Source of the DNA: Deltaproteobacteria bacterium
GTDB lineage: Bacteria > Myxococcota_A > Polyangia > Fen-1088
NCBI GenBank assembly: GCA_033763315.1
Contig: JANRKS010000021.1
Location: 1 to 64,000, forward strand
DNA: 64,000 nt
Direction of reading: 5' to 3'
How positions within the stretch are numbered: the stretch's first letter is position 1; the number at the start of each line of letters is the position of its first letter. A program made the translations under genes and the position numbers. A model generated the notes under the pieces. It did not search any database and was not told where the DNA came from. It saw only the letters and a program-made list of their open reading frames with translations. Shown here piece after piece: positions 30,691 to 38,673 of this stretch.

Positions 30691-31435
30691 GCGCACCACT
30701 TAGCCGCAAGGCCACGTGGCTGTCCATGCCCGGAGGACTTCGGCAGGGAAATCCCTTAGGCCTAGCGGCGCGGCCCGGGGCGGCCGGGGCGCTCACCGGC
30801 CTGCAGGGCCCGGCGGTTCTCCAACCACGATTCAATCACGGAGACGGCGGCAGAAAGGTCACTCGAAAGCAAAGAAACCAACCAACGGGTCGAAGCGTCC
30901 ATGACAAAGATCATCGGCGGCTCTCGGAAAAAGTGTCAGGCCTTGCGCAGCGGTCGCAAGTTTGCCTGTTCGGATGGCGAGAGATTCTTCAACAGCTACT
31001 TCCTGCCCGTTGCCCCTGATTAAACCAACGGGGAGGCCGGCGAGTGGTCCTTCGACGACGAGAATGCCGCCCTTGGCGCTGGCCTAACGCGGCAGTTGAC
31101 GCGAACGATCGACGCTCACGTACGTGGTTGAGTCGGCAGCTCACCGCTAAGTTGCTTTGTGCCCGTGTTTGACAGGCCAACATCGCAGCGGCATCCGTAT
31201 AATGGGCATCACCAAGCTTCAGTAGCCGAAAAGGATGACGATACAGATCGCTGCGTTCAGGATCGGACGCTGCGAGCGATGTCGCTAGCGGCTAACCGGC
31301 TGTGTGCTTGACGACCTGCCGTCACGAGGATGCAGACATGACCGCCGCATTGCAGAAGAGCTGAAGGGCGAGGAGTTTCTGTGCCTGGCCCAGCTATCAG
31401 ACGCGAGAGAACTTGAGCGGGCGGCCGTTGAACAG

Positions 31436-32185
31436 CTACGACGGCTCGTCTCCTTCATCGTCAGATTCTTCCTCGAGCATCGGAGCCTGCGTCAGTTGCA
31501 AAGGTGAATGCATGAGGGACTCCATCCGCTTTTCGCGAACGGACAGATGTCTAGCCTTCGATATGTTGTAAACCGAAGGCCGGCAGACAAAGTACTCGAA
31601 GAGTAGGCCGTGTGTCTGGGACAGCCAGAGTTCTGTGCGGCTCGCCGTCACCACCATCGCGGTGTCAGAAGTAAGAGCAACGATCCTCTCACCTGCTCTC
31701 ACGTGCCCGGCATCGCAGGCCAAGAGAGTCGCTTGCACACAAAGAGCAAAACCTCCGCCCAGAATAGAAAAACTCTTGTCTACGAGGGCCCACTGAGATT
31801 CCGGCCCATGTTCGCCCGGTTCCCCAGGGGGCCCTTTGAAGGGCAAGTGAGCGGCTACGATCGGAATACCTGAATCGGTCATCAGTTTGGCAGCCACAGA
31901 AGGAACTCCAGCGATAACTCTTGGGCTGTTTCTGTCACTCGGATCGGAAAGGTAAGCTTGGCCAAATGGCGGCGTGACCGCAATCACCTTAATGTGTTGC
32001 AGCTCAGGTTCGTTAAGCATCTCCCGCAGAGCGAACAAAGGCCCTTCACCCGTCGCTGTGAACATTACGATCGTCGTAAGTTCGTTGTTCCTGCAAGCTT
32101 CAAAAGCTGCTCGAATGCAGGTTTCCATGAAGTTCCGCCCCTCGCCAGGGACATAGGTAGTGAGTCTGGTTTCTTGGTTATTCAT
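31436..32185 (-). CDS. Pyruvate-kinase C-terminal (PK_C)/MTH1675-like alpha/beta protein
   Basis: TYVPGEGRNF, IVMFTATGEG, VIAVT, LGGGFALCVQATLLACDAG, GERIVA, DTAMVV follow the COG1751/MTH1675 pattern; ATGA overlap with upstream gene. Confidence 0.7.
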   Translation of the reverse strand: MNNQETRLTTYVPGEGRNFMETCIRAAFEACRNNELTTIVMFTATGEGPLFALREMLNEPELQHIKVIAVTPPFGQAYLSDPSDRNSPRVIAGVPSVAAKLMTDSGIPIVAAHLPFKGPPGEPGEHGPESQWALVDKSFSILGGGFALCVQATLLACDAGHVRAGERIVALTSDTAMVVTASRTELWLSQTHGLLFEYFVCRPSVYNISKARHLSVREKRMESLMHSPLQLTQAPMLEEESDDEGDEPS

Positions 32186-32694
32186 CTGCCGGGCTTTTTC
32201 TTAATTGGTATTTGCCGGTTGCTAAGGAAGAGGTCCACGAGATCCAAGAAGCTCGACGGGTCGATCGAGAGCAGCGACGGCGACCCTTTGGGCCCCTCCA
32301 CGTGATGGATGTCTATATGGCCTCCCTTTACTGGGTCCGGACCGTGTCCACGGATGTGGCAGTGAAAGCCCCCGACGCTCTCTTTGTCTATACGGAACCA
32401 AACCTCATCCATGGCCATTTTGTCAGGACCGCAGTGAAACGAGAGGTAGTGGCAATCGGCCCAGACGCTTCCGTTCCTTTTGGCTCGGCATGCTATTTGA
32501 ATCACCGTTTTGTCGTCGAGCTCTCGCCGCAGCGCCATGCTCACCCGTGACAGCTCACCCGAGACTGAGTATGTGACTTCGGGGCAGGGGTTAATTAACG
32601 GCTCCAACCATCGACCGCCATACCTCTCAAGGCGACTCACTGTGCCTGGGTAGAGCAGGTTGAACAGGTCGACGGCGGAAAGACGAGGGGCCAT
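32182..32694 (-). CDS. Hypothetical protein with RxD...HxH motif (TumE/DUF6516-like toxin candidate)
   Basis: 170 aa ORF coupled to the downstream gene; YLSFH...WFRIDKESVGGFHCH...GGHI. Family call is by motif resemblance only. Confidence 0.5.
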   Translation of the reverse strand: MAPRLSAVDLFNLLYPGTVSRLERYGGRWLEPLINPCPEVTYSVSGELSRVSMALRRELDDKTVIQIACRAKRNGSVWADCHYLSFHCGPDKMAMDEVWFRIDKESVGGFHCHIRGHGPDPVKGGHIDIHHVEGPKGSPSLLSIDPSSFLDLVDLFLSNRQIPIKKKPGR

Positions 32695-32721
32695 GCGAAT
32701 GCGAGGGGTGGTGAGTGTAAC

Positions 32722-33066
32722 TCAATTCAAGCTCGCGTTTCGAAAGGGGCACAAAAAAAGGGCCGCAGCTTCCTGCGACCCTTCGACGCTCAAGTCTGCA
32801 CTGGGCTCCTCTTCCGGAGGTCCTGGGCCACCGCGGGCGCTCTCCTCTGCCCATTCCATGGCGGCTGTGAAGAGGAACAGCCATCGGGAAATGGTCTCGT
32901 CTTCCGCCACTTGTTCGGAACGCAGCAATCGAGGCAGCTCGCGCCGCAATCTCGAAACTGGCATCGTAAAACGACTCGCCAGGATGCGTTCAACATTCTC
33001 GAGCTCGGAGGTAATTGTCTGCTCCGACTCTTCGCAAGCGATAATCTCGTGAGGATTGTAGTCCAT
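32722..33066 (-). CDS. Small acidic protein (TumA-like antitoxin candidate)
   Basis: GGAG RBS 7 nt before ATG 33066; helical LENVERILASRFTMPVS...EDETISRWLFL and an acidic tail. Confidence 0.5.
   Translation of the reverse strand: MDYNPHEIIACEESEQTITSELENVERILASRFTMPVSRLRRELPRLLRSEQVAEDETISRWLFLFTAAMEWAEESARGGPGPPEEEPSADLSVEGSQEAAALFLCPFRNASLN
32753..32781 (-). terminator. Intrinsic terminator inside the 3' end of the 33066-32722 ORF
   Basis: Minus strand GGGTCGCAG-GAAG-CTGCGGCCC-TTTTTTT: 9-bp stem with one G-U pair, 4-nt loop, 7 U. Confidence 0.75.
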
Positions 33067-33563
33067 GGCCTTGCTCCCTTCGACTACCAGGTTCTTATCG
33101 AACTTTCCCTCGGCTCCCTCAGTCTTCATACCGTTATGCAAATCGCGATTGGAACTCTTTCCCTACTTCACTCGGAAGGTCAATAGCAAATATTGAGCTT
33201 ACGGTGTCCGTTTAATTGGCTATCTCAGCTTAACCGATGGTCGACCTCGTTGCGAATTGTTCGAGCCAGGCGGGAGGGACCGGTGAGAATTAGCGTACTT
33301 GACTGCATGGTCTGAACTTCCGACGCCGACGCCCACCCTCGCTTGTGCCGACCCTGAGCGGAATGGCGCGAAACGCCGTGCGACGGCCCGGGCGATTCAT
33401 AACGCATCGCTGCCAAGGTCAAGCAAGGGGACGGTGAGGCATTATGCGCTCGAAGCCGCGGTTCGCGCGACATCTAAGTCACGCTCTGCTTGGATACTCA
33501 TGAGCGCCTGCTCTAAACGCTGCAAAGGCTCCCACACTAGCTGCGCATGAGCCGGCCGAATTT

Positions 33564-34394
33564 CTACCGGTTTCGCGGTGGGCTCTGGAACCTCCGACGA
33601 AGGGCAGCGACCCCCGGATCTGTGCGTTTCTCACCTTTCCACCGGAATTTTATGCAAAGACGCGGCTCGGTGTTTATTGCGTTGAAGGGCATAAGCGCCA
33701 ATGCACCGGAATAAGGTTCGCCGTCGATGACGGTGTTGATCTTCCTCAAAGGCACATCCCAAGAGAACAGAAAGCGCACTGCCCCTCCACGAAGGGTGAT
33801 GACCGCTATCCCGGGCTTGCCTGTGGTGGGATCGCTTCCAAACGAGAATTCAAAGGCGTCCTCTGGGGCGTGTTGGTCGCCCACCTTCGCGAGCAAGCCA
33901 AGTCCGCATCCGTCGGGAAGTGCGCGGATGCCAAAGACCACTTCAGGCAACCAAGAAGGAGGCTGCCAAGAAGTCTTGGATACGTGAAGTTGAGCAAAAT
34001 TGAGCACACATTTTGCGGCCCAACGCTCAAGGAGTCTCCCATCACACGTGAAGCGTATCGACCGCGTTGGCGGGACGTTCAATTTGCTTCGCGCTTGGCG
34101 CAACTCTTCAGTCCGCCGCAAGCAGTTATTCAAGTCGATCAGAGCGGTATCGAGTTTTGCCGTTTCGCTATTGTGCCGCGAACACAGGCACTTGATTCCG
34201 AGTTTCTTGACTGGCGTCTTGAACCGCTCAGGTCGACTCGGAAGCCCTTTCACGTAAATATATTCTTGAAGCCACATGCCATAAGGAGACGGATGCTCAA
34301 GGGAACGACCTCCCCCGCATGGCGAGACTTCCGACGCCCAACATGCAGCACGGCGATCGTTCGAGGTCTCCGTATCGTCGATCTCTTTCGTCAT
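33564..34394 (-). CDS. Hypothetical protein with N-terminal HNH-like Zn-nuclease motif
   Basis: CWASEVSPC...SLEH...LCSRHNS..AKLD. Start moved to ATG 34394 to avoid overlap with the upstream ORF. Confidence 0.55.
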   Translation of the reverse strand: MTKEIDDTETSNDRRAACWASEVSPCGGGRSLEHPSPYGMWLQEYIYVKGLPSRPERFKTPVKKLGIKCLCSRHNSETAKLDTALIDLNNCLRRTEELRQARSKLNVPPTRSIRFTCDGRLLERWAAKCVLNFAQLHVSKTSWQPPSWLPEVVFGIRALPDGCGLGLLAKVGDQHAPEDAFEFSFGSDPTTGKPGIAVITLRGGAVRFLFSWDVPLRKINTVIDGEPYSGALALMPFNAINTEPRLCIKFRWKGEKRTDPGVAALRRRFQSPPRNR

Positions 34395-34446
34395 AAGCAT
34401 CACCCATCCGAACCACGAGCCACGCCTCGCGCGTCGGTCTTCGAGA

Positions 34447-35313
34447 TCACTCCTCGGCCAAAGCGACAGCACGTCCGTTCGGGTCCCACGTGACCATTTT
34501 AAAGCCTTTGGGTGCCTGAACTGCACCGATCGCGATCGCGTGCCTCAGGATCAAGAAATCAATGACTTTGGCGACATCGACGCCTACTTCGTACACGATC
34601 CGCCGTAAGCGATCATGCAGGGCTTTTAATTTTTCGTCGTCGTCGACAGCTGGACATGCGAACATCAACGAATGGCGACTCAGCGATCTAAAGCTCGTCG
34701 TATACGGCTCGTCGCAGCCGATGGTAATAGTTCCCGATAGCAGTCGAAGGTTGTTCACTACGGCAGATTCGACATCAGGATGAGTGTTGGTCCTCGCGTT
34801 TTTCGGTTCTACGTGACCGCCCACCGCGTTTCTTAACGGCTTGAGAAAATCCGCTTCCTCGTCGATCGCCTTAACAACGTTAGCGATTTCAATTGCCCTT
34901 GCCTTTACTGCCCTACTCCGCGAGTGCTTCAGGTGGGGCAGAACATCCTTTACAAAAACGTGGCGTGCTTCGTAGAGGCTATTAACCACGCGGCGCTGGA
35001 AGTAACTGAGCTTCCAAAAGTCATCAATCGTCGGCTCTTTGGGCAAGAAAATGCCCGGCATCTCAAAGCCGATATCATCACGAATTATCATCAGCCTCAG
35101 CAGCCACGGAGTGTCAGGATGCTCGGGCGGAAACATCTTGAGCATATTCACGTTGTCGAAACGCAAAGGGGGCCGGGCCTCGCGCCGCTCAGCCCTTTCG
35201 GATGGAAGAGCAACTTTGCCCGAGACGCGTGATGCCTTAGGTCGCAGTGACGAGCCCCGGCGAGTTCCTTTCCGCTTTCCCACAGTGGGAGCGTCAAACG
35301 AACGGCGGGGCAT
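34447..35313 (-). CDS. Hypothetical helical protein with HEPN-like Rx5H motif
   Basis: LKPLRNAVGGH in a helical context; true start probably downstream of 35313. Confidence 0.55.
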   Translation of the reverse strand: MPRRSFDAPTVGKRKGTRRGSSLRPKASRVSGKVALPSERAERREARPPLRFDNVNMLKMFPPEHPDTPWLLRLMIIRDDIGFEMPGIFLPKEPTIDDFWKLSYFQRRVVNSLYEARHVFVKDVLPHLKHSRSRAVKARAIEIANVVKAIDEEADFLKPLRNAVGGHVEPKNARTNTHPDVESAVVNNLRLLSGTITIGCDEPYTTSFRSLSRHSLMFACPAVDDDEKLKALHDRLRRIVYEVGVDVAKVIDFLILRHAIAIGAVQAPKGFKMVTWDPNGRAVALAEE

Positions 35314-35374
35314 CGTCCAGTGGCCCCCTTGCGGCGGCCGCGATTCAGGTGAGGTGACCGCTCACCCAACCAGA

Positions 35375-35790
35375 ACAAGAATTGTGGCCCTTGGTTGCAG
35401 GCACCTGGATTCACTTTGATCTGCAATGCCGCCGCATCCACGTCAGAGAGTCGATGACGGCGCGCTCTAGGACAACGATAGCCGCATCGTTCCTATCCAA
35501 GATGCACTGCTACCCATTCTGACCCGCTGGCGCATGGCTACGGGCGGAACTGGGCTCGTGGTCAAGTCTGCCCACAAGGACGGCCGGAACTTTAACGAGC
35601 ACACCCTTTGGGCAAAGTTCAATGAAGCGATGGCGGGCCTGGATCTGCCGAAGGTCACTTGGTACCAGGCGCCCCGGCCAGCTACGCGTCCTATTGGTTG
35701 ATGAACGGTGGCTCCATCGAGGTTTTGAAGGAGATGATGGGCAACTGTTCGGTGTTGGTGACGTGAAAGATGCGCCCATCTCCGGGTTGA
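35375..35790 (+). pseudogene. Degenerate tyrosine recombinase/integrase, catalytic C-terminal half
   Basis: Across frameshifts it reads IVALGCRHLD / DLQCRRIHVRES / DGAL*DNDSRIVPIQDALLPIL...LPKVTWYQAPR / SYASYWLMNGGSIEVLKEMMGNCSVLVT* / ERCAHL. This matches the RH...LGH...Y-A-H box II with stops, frameshifts and lost catalytic K, H and Y. Confidence 0.85.
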
Positions 35791-35861
35791 TCTGTTTAGC
35801 CCCCTTGAACTTAGCCGTATGGCCTCTAACTTATCGGCCGACATGGCCAAGGTTTCGACGA

Positions 35862-35880
35862 TTGGGCCACGTTTGGGACA
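35862..35880 (+). repeat. Tandem 8-mer repeats, possible integrase arm-type sites
   Basis: TTGGGCCA (35862-69) and TTGGGACA (35873-80), 11-bp spacing, between the integrase end and the tRNA. Confidence 0.4.
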
Positions 35881-35934
35881 AGGGCGGGCAGACGAGGAAA
35901 AAGAGGTGTGCTAACGTCCTGAATTCATTGAACT

Positions 35935-36018
35935 GCCGGGGTGGCGAAATGGTATACGCGGAGGACTTAAAATCCTCTATCGCAAGGTTTACGGGTTCGA
36001 GTCCCGTCCCCGGCACCA
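35935..36018 (+). tRNA. tRNA-Leu (anticodon TAA)
   Basis: Acceptor GCCGGGG/CCCCGGC-A-CCA, D-loop TGGTA, anticodon arm GAGGA-CTTAAAA-TCCTC, variable arm with GCAA loop, T-arm ACGGG-TTCGAGT-CCCGT. Confidence 0.97.
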
Positions 36019-36100
36019 GGCTCTGCTACGCGCACGGCAGGACACATCAGGCAGCGCGACCACCTGTCGGTGTGGCCTTGCCATTGCAATACGTCAGACC

Positions 36101-36610
36101 ATGAAGAGTGATCTGAAGGAGAACCCACGCGTTCGCTCGCTCCGCTTTAACCTCGGGCTCGCGAACCACGACGTGGCTGTCGCGCTTCGGTCGTTGGTGC
36201 TGCTGGTTACGTTGTTGTTCGTCGGGTCAGCCTGCGATGAGGGCGGCGACAGCGCTGCCGATGCCTCGTTCGATGTTTTGAACGCCACGGCAGAGGCCGG
36301 GGTTGATGTGCTCAGGCCCAACGTGCAGTGTGATGGAGTGGCCCCGATGGGCGAATGTGGTGTGGGCGCTGGGGGATGTTGCGGGAACGACTTCCGTATG
36401 CGTCAGCTCGAATGCCGAAACGGAAAATGGCGTTGTCCAAAGGGATACAGCGCGTTCGAGGAATGCTGTGGATTCGGCCCGCACTGCACACCCGCATTCG
36501 GCATTTCACCCATGTGTGCGCCTCAATGCCGGCAAAGTGGTGACCAATGGTATTGCGGCCAATATTTCCCAGATGCGGACGCAGGCTCACCCAGCGATTC
36601 ACGAGGCTAG
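36101..36610 (+). CDS. Cys-rich putative lipoprotein
   Basis: Hydrophobic segment ending in GSAC, followed by 12 further Cys; start uncertain. Confidence 0.55.
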   Translation: MKSDLKENPRVRSLRFNLGLANHDVAVALRSLVLLVTLLFVGSACDEGGDSAADASFDVLNATAEAGVDVLRPNVQCDGVAPMGECGVGAGGCCGNDFRMRQLECRNGKWRCPKGYSAFEECCGFGPHCTPAFGISPMCAPQCRQSGDQWYCGQYFPDADAGSPSDSRG

Positions 36611-36660
36611 AACATCACGACCGGACGTTAAGTCCTGCTTGGCCGTTCACGTGGGCGTAT

Positions 36661-36981
36661 CTACCCCAACTCATCCGCAAACTCGGCATGCACGAGCAGG
36701 TGCGCCAGCGTCGCATGTGCGGCCACGAGGCGCTCATGCGTTTGGGCAGGGGTTGGCTCGTCTTCTTCGTCGGCCCCCAGGGCAAGATCGTTGAGCGTGG
36801 GGGTGCTGAGGCTTGGGCCTTCGTTGGCGAGCCAGGCTTCGCTTTCGCGACGCTCGAAGTCTTTGACCTTCATCGCCCACGTGGCCAAATCCGATTCATC
36901 GCGGCTGGCGAGGGCGGCCCTGCCCTCTTGCACCAGCGACTCGACAGCGGACCTTGTGTGCTTGCAGACGGTGTCACTCAT
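36661..36981 (-). CDS. Hypothetical protein
   Basis: 106 aa acidic, helical-looking ORF filling the gap, divergent from 37072. Confidence 0.45.
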   Translation of the reverse strand: MSDTVCKHTRSAVESLVQEGRAALASRDESDLATWAMKVKDFERRESEAWLANEGPSLSTPTLNDLALGADEEDEPTPAQTHERLVAAHATLAHLLVHAEFADELG

Positions 36982-37071
36982 ACGATGTTTGTGGGCGTAG
37001 ACAACACGCGCGGCCGCAAAGCCGCTAAAGTGCTGGAGCGCGCGTAAGCGTTAGTTTAAGCCGCCGACGTC

Positions 37072-38049
37072 ATGACTTCAAAAACCATACTTCTCACAGG
37101 CGCCTCTGGCTTCGTTGGCCGAACCGTGTGGCCGCGCTTGCAAGAGCAAGGTTGGCACGTGCGTTGTTTGACGCGCGACCGAGAGCGGGCACGGCGCCTT
37201 TACGGCGAGCGTGATTGGGTTCAAGGCGATCTGGCCGATGCCACCGTTTGTGCGCAAGCCCTCGCCGGTTGCGACGCCGCGCTTTACCTCGTGCATTCGA
37301 TCGGCGAAGGCGCGCAGTTTGGCCGCCACGAAGTGGATACCGCGAAGCAATTTGCCGAAGCCGCCCGCAAAGCAGGCGTGGGACGCATCGTGTACCTCGG
37401 TGGGGTTGCCCCCGCGGGCGCTGCCTCGGCGCATCTCGGCAGCCGCTTGGCTGTGGGTGAGGCGCTGCGTGCCGGAGCCGTACCCACGATTGAATTGCGC
37501 GCCAGCATGATTGTGGGGCACGGCAGTTTGAGTTGGTTGATTGTGCGCGATCTGGCGGCACGTTTGCCAATGATGGTGTTGCCCGCCTGGTTGCGATCGC
37601 TCACGCAACCCGTGGCCATCGAAGATGTGGTTGAGGCATTGATGGCCGCGTTTGATGTGCCCTTGCCGCAAAGTGCATCGTTCGATTTGCCTGGTCCCGA
37701 TGTGATGTCCGCACACGAGATCTTGGACGCCACCGCTGCCGCCATGAATTTGCCGCGGCCGCGGGCGATTGAAGTGCCCCTGTTGAGCGCCAGGCTGTCC
37801 GCGCATTGGCTGCGGTTTGTTACGCGCGCCGATTGGTCCGTGGCCAAAGAGCTTGTGGCAGGCTTAACAACCGATCTGTTGGCGCGCGACGATGCTTACT
37901 GGCATCTGATTGGGCATGCGTCGCGCATGGCGTTTGCCGAGGCCGCGCGTTTGGCTTTGCAAGCTGAAGCCGCGCAAGGCACCGTGCAAGGCGCCTGGGG
38001 GCACTTCGAGCGTTTGCGCGCAAAGGCGGCACACCTTCGTGGCCGCTGA
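37072..38049 (+). CDS. NAD(P)-binding atypical SDR (YbjT-like)
   Basis: LLTGASGFVG, YLVHS, IVYLGG, HLGSR, ELRASMIVG.GS, TQPVAIEDV. Confidence 0.88.
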   Translation: MTSKTILLTGASGFVGRTVWPRLQEQGWHVRCLTRDRERARRLYGERDWVQGDLADATVCAQALAGCDAALYLVHSIGEGAQFGRHEVDTAKQFAEAARKAGVGRIVYLGGVAPAGAASAHLGSRLAVGEALRAGAVPTIELRASMIVGHGSLSWLIVRDLAARLPMMVLPAWLRSLTQPVAIEDVVEALMAAFDVPLPQSASFDLPGPDVMSAHEILDATAAAMNLPRPRAIEVPLLSARLSAHWLRFVTRADWSVAKELVAGLTTDLLARDDAYWHLIGHASRMAFAEAARLALQAEAAQGTVQGAWGHFERLRAKAAHLRGR

Positions 38050-38668
38050 AGCCGTGCGACGCGACGATGGCGTGGCGCTGGGGGCCATGGCCGCTTGGGC
38101 CGCGGGGGCTGCCCTGGGGGGCGCCTATGGCCTGTGGTTGGGGCTCGGGCTCACGGCCGTTTTGGTGGGCGCCACCGTGCTGGTTTTGCAGAGGCCTGCG
38201 CTCGTGCCGCTGTTTCGCGTGCGCGCGCTTGACGTGGCGGCAGGGGTTGCCACCGGCCTGTTGATGGTGTGGGTCACGCGGGCTTTGTTTGTGCCCGTGG
38301 CCACGTGGTTGCCCTTTGTGAACGTGGATGCCGCCACGCTTTACGCCGCTTTGGGCGGCAAACCACTGCGCGTGTATGGGCTGCTGATCATTCCGATCGC
38401 GTTGGGTGAAGAGATCGTGTGGCGAGGCGCCGTGCAAAGCGCCGTGGCCCGGCGGTTCGGACACGCAGCGGCCGTGCCCGTGGCGGCAGCGCTTTATGCG
38501 CTCATGCACGCACCTGTGGGCGTGCCCTCGCTCAGCTTGATTGCAATGGCGTGCGGCCTTGGCTGGAGCCTCCTTCGCACGCTCACGGGTGGTTTGATGG
38601 CGCCGTTTTTGGCGCACTTGGTGTGGGACGAGATTATGTTCTTCGTGGCACCGCTCGTGGCGCCTTGA
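38039..38668 (+). CDS. CPBP family (CAAX/Abi) intramembrane glutamic endopeptidase
   Basis: EEIVWRG, YALMH, AHLVWD; multiple TM segments; GTG start overlapping the upstream stop. Confidence 0.85.
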   Translation: MAAEAVRRDDGVALGAMAAWAAGAALGGAYGLWLGLGLTAVLVGATVLVLQRPALVPLFRVRALDVAAGVATGLLMVWVTRALFVPVATWLPFVNVDAATLYAALGGKPLRVYGLLIIPIALGEEIVWRGAVQSAVARRFGHAAAVPVAAALYALMHAPVGVPSLSLIAMACGLGWSLLRTLTGGLMAPFLAHLVWDEIMFFVAPLVAP

Positions 38669-38673
38669 CGTTG

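Larger units (their letters stand above)
30830..35934. mobile_element. Decayed integrative island abutting tRNA-Leu (left boundary approximate)
   Basis: Visibly lower GC and atypical codon usage relative to flanks; integrase pseudogene and att-like repeats at the tRNA-proximal end; orphan-like cargo genes. Confidence 0.65.

Noticed and set aside
30731-30740. CGGAGGACTT, identical to 10 nt of tRNA-Leu, near the island's left edge (possible att remnant)
   Set aside because: Only 10 bp with no flanking similarity; plausible by chance, so not accepted as an att site.
31169-31203. Perfect TTGACA and TATAAT hexamers on the plus strand
   Set aside because: Spacer is 23 bp, too long for sigma70, and no convincing gene lies downstream; an antisense role toward the triad cannot be supported from sequence alone.
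35831-36104. ORFs overlapping the tRNA (35831-36016 minus; 35622-36104 plus)
   Set aside because: Translations of the tRNA and of off-frame integrase remnant.
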